IMG/VR virus record: IMGVR_UViG_3300048895_000023
Span: 1 to 54,335 of that record
DNA length: 54,335 bases
Reading direction: 5' to 3' (one strand)
Source of the DNA: a virus
Taxonomy: Duplodnaviria; Caudoviricetes
Shown here: positions 19,601 through 28,323 of the stretch, piece by piece
Layout: each line of letters begins with the position of its first letter
How positions within the stretch are numbered: position 1 is the stretch's first letter
Notes under the pieces: generated by a model
Seen by the model: the letters and a program-made list of their open reading frames with translations, nothing else
What the model was told of the DNA's origin: nothing
Database searches by the model: none
Position numbers and translations under genes: made by a program

Positions 19601-20800
19601 ATTCAGCTTGTAGCCTCTGGCCTCGGCCTCTTGCTTATAGGTATTGCCGCCCTTGTCGCCATTGGTGTTTCTGGCATAGCCGGGTTCGCCTTGATTCTGC
19701 ACACATTCATAGCCATGCTCCCTGAATTGGGAACAGGTATTGGTGCAGCACTAGTTGCTATGGCAGTAGAGATTGGTCGTCAGGCAGGAACGCTTGTCGG
19801 AGCATTCGTTGGGGTATTGCTGGCTATGCTGGCAGCTATCGATACGGTTATTCCGGAGATCATTGAGGTCGCAGTTCACCTTATTACGGTCCTCGTTGAG
19901 GCCTTGGTCGTTCTTATTCCTCTCATTGTAGAGGCTGGATTGACCATCATCGAGGCATTGCTTACAAGCATTGCTAATCATATTGGTGAGATTGCAACTC
20001 AGGCGATTAACATCGTTCTGGCCTTTATTGGAGCCTTGACTGACAAGCTGCCGATGATCATTGCTGCTGGTGGAGATCTTATTCTCGCCTACATCAATGG
20101 TATGGGTGACTACATCAAGAACAACTCTTCTAAGTTCGTTACCGCAGGTAGCAAGCTCTTTAGAGCGATTATTGATGGGATCTCGAAGGCTATTGAGCAG
20201 GGTGGTAAGGATCTTCAGTATGCTGGTGAACGTATCGGTAACGCGCTTATTAAGGGTGCTCGTAACGCACTAGGTATCCATTCTCCCGCTAGAGCCTTTA
20301 GCGATGATATTATGCCTAAGGTCTTTGATGGTGTCGATTCTGGTACCGATAAGAACCTGTTCCGTGCTGAAGATAATGGTGCGGCTATTGGTGCTGCTAT
20401 TACTGATGGAGCAGTTGAGGGCGTTAAGAACGCTATGGCGGGTATATCTGGAGCATTTGATACTAACAGTATTGGGACTCCGGTTATTCGTCCGGTAATC
20501 GACCTCACAGCCATTGAAGAAGGCGCTAACCGTATTAATGGCCTCATGCCCTCGCCGACGCTGTCAATTAATACCTCTTCTGATACTGCTACTTCGGTAG
20601 CGTTGCAGGAGCAGGCTAACAATGCAAGGCTCTCGCTCGAAGCGGATCCTGATCTGAAGACTGGAACTACAGTTAACTTCACTCAGAACAACAATTCGCC
20701 AAAGGCATTGTCTACGGCAGAAGTATATCGTCAAACTCAGAACCAGTTGTCTACATTGAAGGGAGACCTAGGCGTTGTTGACCAAAGTGGAAGTGCGTAA
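16598..20800 (+). CDS. tape measure protein
   Basis: ~1400 aa Ala/Gly/Leu-rich helical; tape-measure N-domain (GIAGVAAQSG...GRLMGQDL...MVSEGKISF); ATG 16598 overlaps upstream stop. Confidence 0.92.
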   Translation: MSSIDDRVVNMQFNNAQFQAGITETNASILELKDNLQLQGATDGLDEVQFAADRFSLSNIENALDHIASMFSTFGVIAFTVLQKVTNFAIDAGAKMANAILEPIVQGGAKRALALQQAKFQFRGLGLDVQATMDTALAAVKNTAFGLDDAATAAAQFGASGITAGHGLLEALRGIAGVAAQSGSSFESVAQTFESIAGNGRLMGQDLLSLSSKGINAAATLAKSMGISEAAVRKMVSEGKISFSQFSDAMNAAFGENAKKANETYTGALSNMRAALARIGAEVASPWFFFMRDMFNELTPIIDAVHVALQPLLDDIAAFLGFASGRGKGIINEILGPGIVESISNVVTAIRTIGGVLEKGFRTIFPENTTVQLSNVSKFLTTITEALIPTEYEAGQLQTTFAGLFAIFDIVGRVIYELVRGFAELFGFATEGSGTILDFTSTVGGFIVKIDEAVKTTTFFRDFFQALAGILAGPIAILKVIIGVIGDFVYSLQHMDTGGFDDFADKVKERFKGLATLGEFFDGFWKGIVETAQKAWEFLRPVFELIGSAIGVAVDKIKESLSQLSFQDGAQLLNAGLFGTFILVISKFFDTIKGIISGDGLPLVESIKGVFGSLKDQISAMTKNTNAKTLKEIAIAVALLAASAIALSLVDQGKLTYALGLMAGLIKGLLLAFTAFSNTETPAGIKNLLAMSAALQIMAGAIFTLSLSIVLLAVLPLDRLGQGLAAIILLLYAMVGAFKLLSKSGPELLFAAGAIAIIAPAILLLAGAVAIFAALPLPNLAQGVAAFAAVLIVLTGAMLLLGLAKEEVIVGALAISLVAPAITLLAGAVAIFAALPLPNLIQGVAAFAGVLLILTGAMLLLGLAKEQALIGAAAIVIVAGAMVLIIEAIALLSLVPADKLLAGMLTFAAAVIILVGAVLLLGLAQEASLAGSIALIAIAFAMSMLAPALLLLAQIPWEGVGPALTMLAASIGILAVGGILLIPASVGFMLFGIALLMIGGAIQLVASGLGLLLIGIAALVAIGVSGIAGFALILHTFIAMLPELGTGIGAALVAMAVEIGRQAGTLVGAFVGVLLAMLAAIDTVIPEIIEVAVHLITVLVEALVVLIPLIVEAGLTIIEALLTSIANHIGEIATQAINIVLAFIGALTDKLPMIIAAGGDLILAYINGMGDYIKNNSSKFVTAGSKLFRAIIDGISKAIEQGGKDLQYAGERIGNALIKGARNALGIHSPARAFSDDIMPKVFDGVDSGTDKNLFRAEDNGAAIGAAITDGAVEGVKNAMAGISGAFDTNSIGTPVIRPVIDLTAIEEGANRINGLMPSPTLSINTSSDTATSVALQEQANNARLSLEADPDLKTGTTVNFTQNNNSPKALSTAEVYRQTQNQLSTLKGDLGVVDQSGSA
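18850..19215 (+). repeat. 180-bp tandem duplication inside tape measure gene
   Basis: CTATTGGCCGGAGCAGT(G/A)GCTATATTTGCTGCCCTACCTCT at 18887 and 19067; CTCACAGGGGCAATGCTTCTC at 18976 and 19156. Confidence 0.85.
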
Positions 20801-21596
20801 TGCTGCGGGTACAGTTCTAACTCTCCCTCTTCAGGATATTTCAGGCGGTTACACGCTAAAGAATATTGAAGGGCTTGATCCGGTTAAGGCTACAATTGTA
20901 ACCTCGACCTTTGCCAATAGAGACGGTGTAGAGTATGAGACCGCAAGACGAGATGCTCGCAATCTTATTCTTGGAGTAGGATTTGCACCAGATTGGGTGT
21001 CCCAGACACCTAAGACGTTGCGCGATAATCTCTATAAGTGGTTCATGACAAAGCAGATGGGCGAGTTCCGCTTCTATGAAGACAGTGGTTTGGTAGTCAG
21101 TATCGTGGGGCGGGTAGAGTCTAATGATTCTCCCCGCTTCACGTCTGACCCAGACTCAACGATCTCGGTTATTTGCTTCCAACCTGACTTTGTGGGTATG
21201 ACTAACGAGCTTATCAGTGGTAACTCCACTGCAGGCAGTACAGAGTCGACTGTAAACTATATTGGTACGTCTGAAACTGGATTCCTCTTCACTCTCAATG
21301 TGAATAGAACTATATCTGGTTTCTCCCTGTACCAGCGTGGTGTCGACAACGTGCAGTATGAGCTCGACTTCTCTGCAAACCTTATTGCGGGCGACGTGGT
21401 TAAGATCAGTACAGTTGCGGGTAACAAATATGCCACTCTCACAAGGGGTGGCGTTACAAGCTCAATTCTGTACGCAGTATCTCCCTCGTCGCCATGGTTG
21501 ATTCTGTCCCCCGGAGAAAATAAGCTCCGGCTACAGATATCTGGAGCGGCCATTCCTTACACGATTGAATACACAGACAAGTACGGAGGACTTTAA
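20775..21596 (+). CDS. distal tail (Dit-like) protein
   Basis: immediately after tape measure; ends WLILSPGENKL. Confidence 0.75.
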   Translation: MLTKVEVRNAAGTVLTLPLQDISGGYTLKNIEGLDPVKATIVTSTFANRDGVEYETARRDARNLILGVGFAPDWVSQTPKTLRDNLYKWFMTKQMGEFRFYEDSGLVVSIVGRVESNDSPRFTSDPDSTISVICFQPDFVGMTNELISGNSTAGSTESTVNYIGTSETGFLFTLNVNRTISGFSLYQRGVDNVQYELDFSANLIAGDVVKISTVAGNKYATLTRGGVTSSILYAVSPSSPWLILSPGENKLRLQISGAAIPYTIEYTDKYGGL

Positions 21597-23014
21597 TGGA
21601 ACTCTATGTCCTCGACAGCCTTCTCAGACGGACGGCTGTTATTGACAGCTTTGTTTCGACTCTCTGGGCAGAACGATTCAATGATACTGGTGACATTACG
21701 CTGAACATCCATTCAACGCTAGCTAACCGTAATCTCCTCGTAGCAGGCACCATGCTTGCTATGAATCGCTCGAATAGAGTGATGATCGTACAAACTGTTG
21801 AAGACAAGACGAACCAAGACGGGTCACAAGTTCTTGTCATTACGGGCTCGTCCATTGAATTCGTGATGGACGAGCGCCTGGCAAAAGATGCTATGACTGG
21901 AACTGTGGAAGAACCAAAGTGGGTCATTACGGGGCTCCCAGCGGCCATTGCCCGACAGATATTCCAAAAGGTAATGGTCGATGGGGTCCTGGACTCACAT
22001 GACGTTCTTCCGTTCTACACAGTTGGGAATCTATATCCTGCTGACAACCTCGCCGAGCCGGCAACATCGGTCACGGCGAGTCTTACTACTGGAAGTGTTC
22101 TAGCCGCACTAAAGGCGGTATGCCAGACGTACGACCTAGGGTTCCGAATCTCCAGAAATGCAGACAATTCGCAACTCTTCTTCAATGTATATTCTGGTAA
22201 TGACCGTACTTCAAGTCAGACCGTTCTGCCAGCAGTCATATTTGCCCCAGCTCTTGACAACTTGCTCAATTCGTCATATTTGACGTCTATTAAGCAGTAC
22301 AAGAACGTCGTTTACATCATCTGTCCTGATGGGGCGGCCAAGGTTTACGACACGGGTGTGGATCCGACAACGGCAGGATTCGTTCGTAGGATTTTGCCAC
22401 TCGAAGTGAGCGACATTAGGTACCCAGATCGTACTGGTGCCTATACAGTTACCACGGCGCAGGCTAGTGCAGTTAAGGTGGCTCAACAGCTTACGACCAC
22501 GACGCAATTGCAGAGTGAGTCACTAGCTAAGATCACCAAGATGTTGCGCCTACTAACTCAGGACCTTGTTAACATTAACACGGTTCTAACGCTAGTAGGC
22601 ACAACCCTAACCGCGCCACAGATTGCCGACATCACGGCAGCCAGGAACACATCAACTGCCTACAACCCGACGGAAGATGCCGCACTAACTGCTTTGCTGA
22701 CTGCAAGAGCTCTACAGGAGCTTCAGAAGTACAACAGCATTACGGCATTTGACGGCGAGATCCCCCAAACGGGTAGCTGGAAGTATGATCGCGATTACTT
22801 CCTTGGAGACATTGTCGAAGTGCGGAACCAGGATGGAGTTGTCAGTAAGGTGCGAGTCACCGAGCAGATCTTCTCTCAAGATGCATCTGGCGAAAAGAGC
22901 TATCCAACGCTTTCAAGCCGACTTGTCATCACACCAGGTGTGTGGGCAGCTCGTAACCCGACTGAGGTCTGGGCTGATGTTGCTGACACTGAGCACTGGG
23001 CAGATAATCCGTAA
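21596..23014 (+). CDS. minor tail protein (Gp37-like baseplate hub)
   Basis: IDSFVSTLWAERFNDTGD and YDRDYFLGDIVEV...RVTEQI patterns; position after Dit. Confidence 0.75.
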   Translation: MELYVLDSLLRRTAVIDSFVSTLWAERFNDTGDITLNIHSTLANRNLLVAGTMLAMNRSNRVMIVQTVEDKTNQDGSQVLVITGSSIEFVMDERLAKDAMTGTVEEPKWVITGLPAAIARQIFQKVMVDGVLDSHDVLPFYTVGNLYPADNLAEPATSVTASLTTGSVLAALKAVCQTYDLGFRISRNADNSQLFFNVYSGNDRTSSQTVLPAVIFAPALDNLLNSSYLTSIKQYKNVVYIICPDGAAKVYDTGVDPTTAGFVRRILPLEVSDIRYPDRTGAYTVTTAQASAVKVAQQLTTTTQLQSESLAKITKMLRLLTQDLVNINTVLTLVGTTLTAPQIADITAARNTSTAYNPTEDAALTALLTARALQELQKYNSITAFDGEIPQTGSWKYDRDYFLGDIVEVRNQDGVVSKVRVTEQIFSQDASGEKSYPTLSSRLVITPGVWAARNPTEVWADVADTEHWADNP

Positions 23015-23058
23015 GATGGTCAAAATGGTAGTACTTTCAAGTAAAGAGGAGTTGAGAC

Positions 23059-23304
23059 ATGGCTGTTGGAGATGACGCAACCGCGGCGGGCTATGCCCTG
23101 GTTCCCGATACAGGTGACCCTGGACGAGTAAAGCTAGGTGCGCAAGAGATTAACCGTACACGTGACTTTGTCGCGCAGGTTAAAGGCCTTATACCTGTCG
23201 GTATAGCTGCATATCAAGCTGCCGCTGGCATTTCCTATGGGACAACAGTACCTAGCAATGCTGTAGGGACTAATGGTATGATCTACTTGATGATTTTGCC
23301 GTAG
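23059..23304 (+). CDS. small tail-associated hypothetical protein
   Basis: RBS GAGGAG; GAQEINRTRDFVA; position in tail module. Confidence 0.65.
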   Translation: MAVGDDATAAGYALVPDTGDPGRVKLGAQEINRTRDFVAQVKGLIPVGIAAYQAAAGISYGTTVPSNAVGTNGMIYLMILP

Positions 23305-23311
23305 GTGATCT

Positions 23312-24136
23312 ATGGCTACCGCAAGAGTTGATATTACTACGGGAGCCCCGACTACTCAGTTCATAACTGAAGCGGACATGGTCTCCCAGAATCAAGCGGG
23401 TAATTACTCAACAGTATATTACTACGTAAAGGCCATTAACCGCGGTAACAGTACCTCGGGAAGTGGTTATGCGGGTTCTCAAACTGCGTATGTAGGCGGA
23501 CTTGGTGGCGGTGGTCACTCTGGTACTCTACCTACGGGTTTGGCTAATGGCACTCAGCGTTGGTATGAGGGGCCTTGGGGCGTTGATCTGGCCCATGACG
23601 CTGCGGGTAACCGCGGAGCGGATTCGGTCCAGCAAGCCATTCGTGGTTGGTACGGATCTACTAGCTATGCTCGAGACGATTATGGGTCGATTGGTCCATA
23701 TCCTAGAATCCCAAAGGCACCTAGTGCTCCAGGAACTCCGGTAGCGAGCAATATTCTACCTACGAGCCTGAAGCTGACCTGGACCGCCTCGACAGATGAT
23801 GCTGGGTCTGCGATCACAGGATATTTGGTTCGTCGCTGGCTAGGCTCTACACCGACTGGAACGTATACGGACATATCCGAGTCAAACACACTAACCCGTA
23901 ATGACACCGGTCTGGTTCCTGGTACCACGTACACATATGTTGTCTATGCCCATAATGGATCGTCTGCAGGATATTCTGCGGCCTCTGCTCCAGTCACGGT
24001 AAAGACAATTGCTCCTATGTGGGTTAAGGCCTCAGGAATCTGGAAGTATGCAGTCCCGTACGTCAAATTTAATGATGAATGGCGCATGACGCAACCCTAC
24101 GTAAAGGTTGCTGGCGTCTGGAAGATGACTGGTTAA
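23312..24136 (+). CDS. minor tail protein with fibronectin type III domain
   Basis: PSAPGTP...SLKLTWTAS...AITGYLV...DTGLVPGTTYTYVVYAHN is an FN3 signature. Confidence 0.8.
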   Translation: MATARVDITTGAPTTQFITEADMVSQNQAGNYSTVYYYVKAINRGNSTSGSGYAGSQTAYVGGLGGGGHSGTLPTGLANGTQRWYEGPWGVDLAHDAAGNRGADSVQQAIRGWYGSTSYARDDYGSIGPYPRIPKAPSAPGTPVASNILPTSLKLTWTASTDDAGSAITGYLVRRWLGSTPTGTYTDISESNTLTRNDTGLVPGTTYTYVVYAHNGSSAGYSAASAPVTVKTIAPMWVKASGIWKYAVPYVKFNDEWRMTQPYVKVAGVWKMTG

Positions 24137-24149
24137 TAAAGGAGAAAAA

Positions 24150-24428
24150 TTGAGTGAAACGTCTATCGACACTGCGAACAAAGGGATTCTTCTCTCTGGG
24201 CGTACCTACGATATTCTGAAAGATGTCAACCTGGTGGGTCTACCTGCTCTAGCGACGCTCTACGCGACTCTAGCTCTTATTTGGCACTGGCCATTCTCAG
24301 AGCAGATCGTTGGCACCATCGCAGCTATCGTTCTTTTCATGGGAGTAATCCTTAAGATCAGTAGCGTGCAGTACAAGGCAAAGGTTGCAGCACTGGACAC
24401 GGAGTTTATGACGGCGGATTCGCAGTAA
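24150..24428 (+). CDS. holin (Dp-1-like)
   Basis: YDILK...LPALATLY...IW...EQIVGTIAA...ISSVQY; two TM segments. Confidence 0.82.
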   Translation: MSETSIDTANKGILLSGRTYDILKDVNLVGLPALATLYATLALIWHWPFSEQIVGTIAAIVLFMGVILKISSVQYKAKVAALDTEFMTADSQ

Positions 24429-24469
24429 TTTCACGCCTTATAATGAACCCCTCTTGAAAGGAGACCCAC

Positions 24470-24748
24470 GTGCGCAAACTGCCCGTAACATTCACCAAAG
24501 CCATCGAAACCGAACAGCTTCGACTTCTCTCTGAAGCCGAGTCGCTAGGAACCGATTCCCCCGATTACAAAACCAAAATTGAATTCATCAAAAGCCTTAA
24601 TGAAACGAAGTCCAAAAAGGACAACAATGCCATTATCGCTGCGCTGATCAGTGCTGGCGCATCCGTCGCAGGAATCCTCCTCGTACTCAACTATGAGAGA
24701 GCCGGAGCCGTCGTCTCGAAGTCGTTTGGACTTGTTAAGAAAGCTTAA
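24470..24748 (+). CDS. cassette 1 small membrane protein
   Basis: GTG after CTCTTGAAAGGAG; C-terminal TM segment. Confidence 0.75.
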   Translation: MRKLPVTFTKAIETEQLRLLSEAESLGTDSPDYKTKIEFIKSLNETKSKKDNNAIIAALISAGASVAGILLVLNYERAGAVVSKSFGLVKKA

Positions 24749-24775
24749 CCACCAAATCAACTAAAAGAACATCCG

Positions 24776-24820
24776 AAAGGAAGGACTAGACCTAAAAATT
24801 CTAGTCCTTCCTTTTTCTTT
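24776..24820 (+). terminator. intrinsic terminator-like hairpin
   Basis: perfect 15-bp stem AAAGGAAGGACTAGA / TCTAGTCCTTCCTTT, loop CCTAAAAAT, T-run. Confidence 0.8.
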
Positions 24821-24845
24821 TCGCGAGAAAAACAACCCCTATAAT

Positions 24846-24960
24846 GAACCAATAAACCGCTTCCCTGCAAAGGGTGTCTCCCGAAAGCGTAACCAATCAG
24901 ACTATTATTCGGACTTTGGTTCTTTATATCCTCACGGTAATTCCACAAAGGTTATAAATT
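24846..24960 (+). ncRNA. candidate small RNA occupying cassette 2
   Basis: promoter motif with no RBS or ORF behind it; GAACCAA (24846) pairs with TTGGTTC (24916); CCCT-GCAA-AGGG GNRA hairpin; CCGAA/TTCGG. Confidence 0.5.
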
Positions 24961-25010
24961 TTGCGCGTGTAATACATGCCTTATAATGAACCCCTATGAA
25001 AGGATTTATT

Positions 25011-25151
25011 ATGAAAGAACTCACAGGCCCACAGATTGCCATTCTGTTTGGTCTAGCATGCACTGCCTCCGCAGTAGCAACTGGACTAGTACTCAGAACC
25101 ATATCTCGAAAGCTCAACCCAGAGCCAGTATCATATCTCTCCGCCATGTAG
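25011..25151 (+). CDS. cassette 3, 46-aa membrane peptide
   Basis: ATG after ATGAAAGGA; MKELTGPQIAILFGLACTASAVATGLVLRTISRKLNPEPVSYLSAM; not in the ORF track. Confidence 0.7.
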   Translation: MKELTGPQIAILFGLACTASAVATGLVLRTISRKLNPEPVSYLSAM

Positions 25152-25241
25152 GCACAGAAAGCTATCAGCCCCTAACACGGGCTATAGTTTTTCGCAGGAA
25201 AAACAGGTCATATAATGAACCCCTCTTGAAAGGAGACTCAC

Positions 25242-25508
25242 ATGACCACCAACTCAAACCCAGATTCCACTAAAGTCATTGCAGTAGTAACTGTAGTAAT
25301 TCTAGGAACGGCCACCATCGTGCTTAGGCACCGCAACTCGCAACTCAAAGCAGAGAACAAGAAATTGTCCTTTACCAAAGTACATTACACGCGGACCATC
25401 GAGCGCCTCATCAACCATATTCCCAGAGATCACTACGACGCTGTTGTTGCCGACTTGAACGAAGATCTGAAGTTTGCGATCATCACACGAGATCTAAACA
25501 AGAACTAA
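25242..25508 (+). CDS. cassette 4 small membrane-anchored protein
   Basis: RBS CTCTTGAAAGGAG; N-terminal TM segment. Confidence 0.75.
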   Translation: MTTNSNPDSTKVIAVVTVVILGTATIVLRHRNSQLKAENKKLSFTKVHYTRTIERLINHIPRDHYDAVVADLNEDLKFAIITRDLNKN

Positions 25509-25591
25509 CAAAGCTATCAGCCCCTCACACGGGCTATAGTTTTTCGCAGGAAAAACAAGGGCTATAGTGAACCCCTATGAAAGGAAAACTA

Positions 25592-25825
25592 ATGACCAAG
25601 TTTCAAACTTTTTGTAAGAAGCACCAGACCCCTATCCTCATCGCAAGTTGCGCTGTCGCTACGGTCGCTGTTGTAATTGCCGTCAATCAGGTTAAGACCC
25701 GAATGATTGCAAACTACACTCCCGACCCCCTAGCCGAAGCCGCAGCTTTCGAAGACTTTACAAAGGCCATGGCTCTCGCAAAGAAGTATGACGCAGAAGA
25801 TGCAGCCAAACTTCTAGGAAAGTAA
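25592..25825 (+). CDS. cassette 5 small membrane-anchored protein
   Basis: ATG 25592 after ATGAAAGGA; one TM segment. Confidence 0.75.
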   Translation: MTKFQTFCKKHQTPILIASCAVATVAVVIAVNQVKTRMIANYTPDPLAEAAAFEDFTKAMALAKKYDAEDAAKLLGK

Positions 25826-25916
25826 AAAGCTATCAGCCCCTCGCACGGGCTATAGTTTTGCCTAGATCTCGCGTAATATTCATAGCATATAATGAACCCC
25901 TATGAAAGGAACAACC

Positions 25917-26003
25917 ATGTTTAACACCATCAAGTCCATCATCGCCGAGATCAAGCAAGACCTTGCTAACGCTCGCCCGATGTGGAACCACGTTGCTAAC
26001 TAA
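25917..26003 (+). CDS. cassette 6, 28-aa peptide
   Basis: own promoter motif and RBS; MFNTIKSIIAEIKQDLANARPMWNHVAN. Confidence 0.65.
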   Translation: MFNTIKSIIAEIKQDLANARPMWNHVAN

Positions 26004-26124
26004 GTTACATCTTCACAGTTAACAAAACCAACAGCCCCTAACACGGGCTTTAGGTTTTTCTCGTCTTATATTTTTGCGCGTGAAAAACAAGGGCTATAGT
26101 GACACCCCTATGAAAGGACACACC

Positions 26125-26379
26125 ATGTCAACTGAAGAAATCCAATTCACCCCCATCGCGATTAAGATCGCTGCCCCTCGAACCGCGCATATTCTGGCGA
26201 TGCTAGAGCCCCGCTTTGCGGAAATGGACTACGATACCCTCCTCCACGGAAACTACGTCGTATTCGATTACCCCGAAAACGGACACTACACCCTCGTCAC
26301 CGAAGAGCGTTTCCAGGCAAAGTTCACCAATCCTTGGGAACCTTGGTTCTTCCAGCCCTTGGTAGTAGACACTATCTAA
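26125..26379 (+). CDS. cassette 7 hypothetical protein
   Basis: ATG 26125 after ATGAAAGGA; 84 aa soluble. Confidence 0.75.
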   Translation: MSTEEIQFTPIAIKIAAPRTAHILAMLEPRFAEMDYDTLLHGNYVVFDYPENGHYTLVTEERFQAKFTNPWEPWFFQPLVVDTI

Positions 26380-26469
26380 GAAGTCAGAAAGCTATCAGCC
26401 CCTCACACGGGCTATAGTTTTTCGCGTAATATTCATAGGGTATAATGAACCCCTATGAAAGGAAAACCC

Positions 26470-26643
26470 ATGACCATCAAGCCCGTCATCGCCAAATCCG
26501 TCTTCACCGTTCAGGCCCACGCCATTGCCGCTGGAACCTTCGCTTACGCGATTGGTTACGTTGCAAAGACCGCGGTCCAGGACAGCGTCAAGACGATCAA
26601 GGAAATGAAAGCCGAAGGCTACTTCACCCCAAATAAGTTCTAA
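26470..26643 (+). CDS. cassette 8 small protein
   Basis: ATG 26470 after ATGAAAGGA; 57 aa with hydrophobic middle. Confidence 0.7.
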   Translation: MTIKPVIAKSVFTVQAHAIAAGTFAYAIGYVAKTAVQDSVKTIKEMKAEGYFTPNKF

Positions 26644-26737
26644 ACCAAAAACCAAAAGCCCCTAACAAGGCCTATGGTTTTATTTTTTGCGCGAGAAAAA
26701 CAAGCGCTATAGTGAAACCTCTTGAAAGGAGATCCTC

Positions 26738-26917
26738 ATGAACGTCACGTTTACCACCAACAACTCCAGCCTCCAGCTCTCCAAAGTTGGTTCCGTAGCT
26801 CTTGTCACCTATGCCACCGTCGGCATGGTTGTCATCAGTCTCGGAATCGCCAACCTCGGAGAACGAGCTGTCGTTGCGTACAAGCGCCGACTCAACCGTA
26901 AGATCAACGAAAAGTAA
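26738..26917 (+). CDS. cassette 9, 59-aa membrane peptide
   Basis: RBS CTCTTGAAAGGAG; MNVTFTT...VALVTYATVGMVVISLGIANL...YKRRLNRKINEK; not in the ORF track. Confidence 0.72.
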   Translation: MNVTFTTNNSSLQLSKVGSVALVTYATVGMVVISLGIANLGERAVVAYKRRLNRKINEK

Positions 26918-27017
26918 ATCACAAAGCCAAAAGCCCCACAAGGCCTATGGTTTTCTTTTTCTCGCGAGATTTTCAGACCCTATAATGAACCCCTATTCTC
27001 TTGAAAGGAGAACCCAA

Positions 27018-27218
27018 ATGAACACCACCGAACCAACCGTCGTGATCCACAACTACCCCACCATCAAGGAGCAGCTTGCACAGGGCGGTATCTCCCTCGC
27101 CATCGGCGTCGGCGTTACCGTTGCCTATGTAGGCGTCTTCGCGCTGGTCGACTTTGTGGGCAAGAAGGTCAAGGCTCGCAAGGCCGCTCAGACCGAAACC
27201 ACCCCTTCAACTGACTAA
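27018..27218 (+). CDS. cassette 10 small membrane protein
   Basis: ATG 27018 after CTCTTGAAAGGAG; one TM segment then basic tail. Confidence 0.75.
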   Translation: MNTTEPTVVIHNYPTIKEQLAQGGISLAIGVGVTVAYVGVFALVDFVGKKVKARKAAQTETTPSTD

Positions 27219-27281
27219 CAATCAAAGCTAAACTACAACTAACACTTGTGGTTTATGCTTTCATTTTTCTAAGGAAGAATC

Positions 27282-27518
27282 ATGACAGTAGAACATGTTA
27301 AGGCGTGGAAGGTCACAGAAGAGAACACTTTGATCCTCAAGAACATATCTGGAGAGGCTGAGGCTACTTTTAAGTCTTGTCCTGGCTGGGTTCTCATTGA
27401 GGACTGGAGTGAGCGCCCGCGCTTTCTTTTGATGCCGGAATCCGTATTCCACACGTACTATCCGAACCTCGAATTCACTGAATTATCAATAGATTCGCGA
27501 GAAATACAAGGGGTATAA
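27282..27518 (+). CDS. hypothetical protein
   Basis: ORF track; RBS TAAGGA; faint resemblance to 26125..26379 and 43888..44211. Confidence 0.65.
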   Translation: MTVEHVKAWKVTEENTLILKNISGEAEATFKSCPGWVLIEDWSERPRFLLMPESVFHTYYPNLEFTELSIDSREIQGV

Positions 27519-27543
27519 TGAACCCCCTATGAAAGGAAAAACC

Positions 27544-27693
27544 ATGAAGAAGCTCAAGCAGAAGTTTGAGGAAGACCCCATCTTCGCTACCACCCTTATC
27601 ATCACCGGAGCAGTCGTTGCTACCGGCCTGATAAAGGCAATTGCGAAGGGAATCGAATCCTCTGCTTACGCCTACCGCGCCTCCAAGCTCTAA
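27544..27693 (+). CDS. cassette 11, 49-aa membrane peptide
   Basis: MKKLKQKFEEDPIFATTLIITGAVVATGLIKAIAKGIESSAYAYRASKL; promoter motif and RBS; not in the ORF track. Confidence 0.72.
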   Translation: MKKLKQKFEEDPIFATTLIITGAVVATGLIKAIAKGIESSAYAYRASKL

Positions 27694-27764
27694 ACCCATA
27701 AGGAACAAAACTCGAACTACAACTAATACTTGTGGTTTGAGTTTCTTTTTTTGAAAGGCATTAC

Positions 27765-28088
27765 ATGCTAGCAATTCATTTTGGAATTCGTGAAAGCGAA
27801 GTAGCCGTATTCAAGGGTCAGATCAGCCGTATGGTCTCAGAACCCCTCGAGATTCGTACATGGGCAGAGGCCTGGGATGCTGGGAATGATCCAGAGTTCA
27901 TCTTGGAGCCTACCACCCACGTAGTACTCACCACCATGACTCCAATGGTTCTGCTCAACTTCATTGCTGGAAACTTCAGTAATTTCCTTGTCCCTCACGC
28001 AGCAGAGAACCTTGACGGTGTTCTGATGTTTGTTACGGACTCGGAAGAGTGGACCAGTGAGTACCTGGAACTCCGATATCCAGGATAA
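27765..28088 (+). CDS. hypothetical protein
   Basis: ORF track; RBS TGAAAGG. Confidence 0.65.
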   Translation: MLAIHFGIRESEVAVFKGQISRMVSEPLEIRTWAEAWDAGNDPEFILEPTTHVVLTTMTPMVLLNFIAGNFSNFLVPHAAENLDGVLMFVTDSEEWTSEYLELRYPG

Positions 28089-28146
28089 ACTCGCGTAAAA
28101 ATCAGGTGTTATAATGACCCAGTAAACCTCTTGAAAGGAAGTTATT

Positions 28147-28323
28147 ATGCCTGAAGTCAACGTCGTTAAGAACACCCCCTCGAACGACTTTAGCCCTAAG
28201 CTGAAGTTCGTCGTTTCCGTGGGAGCCCAAGTAATCATTGGACTCCTCGGAATCGCCGTCACAGCTGCAGTTACAGTCGCCCTCGCTAAGGGTACCGAAA
28301 CCGCCATTGAACTCGCTGAGTAA
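28147..28323 (+). CDS. cassette 12, 58-aa membrane peptide
   Basis: MPEVNVV...FVVSVGAQVIIGLLGIAVTAAVTVALAKG...; promoter motif and RBS; not in the ORF track. Confidence 0.72.
   Translation: MPEVNVVKNTPSNDFSPKLKFVVSVGAQVIIGLLGIAVTAAVTVALAKGTETAIELAE

Larger units (their letters stand above)
25158..26954 (+). repeat. type A hairpin repeats AAAGCTATCAGCCC-CT(A/C)(A/G)CAC-GGGCTATAGTTTT after cassette ORFs
   Basis: near-identical copies at 25158, 25510, 25826, 26388; variants at 26024, 26648, 26923; each followed by a T-run. Confidence 0.88.
24420..28118 (+). promoter_or_regulatory. array of 12 conserved promoter-like motifs KCGCR-N7-CA-N5-TATARTGA
   Basis: motif starts at 24420, 24821, 24963, 25192, 25544, 25869, 26076, 26422, 26689, 26962, 27495, 28091; TATA(A/G)T always begins 19 nt after the motif start. 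Confidence 0.9.

Noticed and set aside
24986-25273. ORF-track proteins starting MNPYE or MKGK (24986, 25577, 26445, 26455)
   Set aside because: These ATGs lie inside the promoter/RBS repeat; the starts properly spaced after GAAAGGA are downstream. Leaderless use cannot be fully excluded
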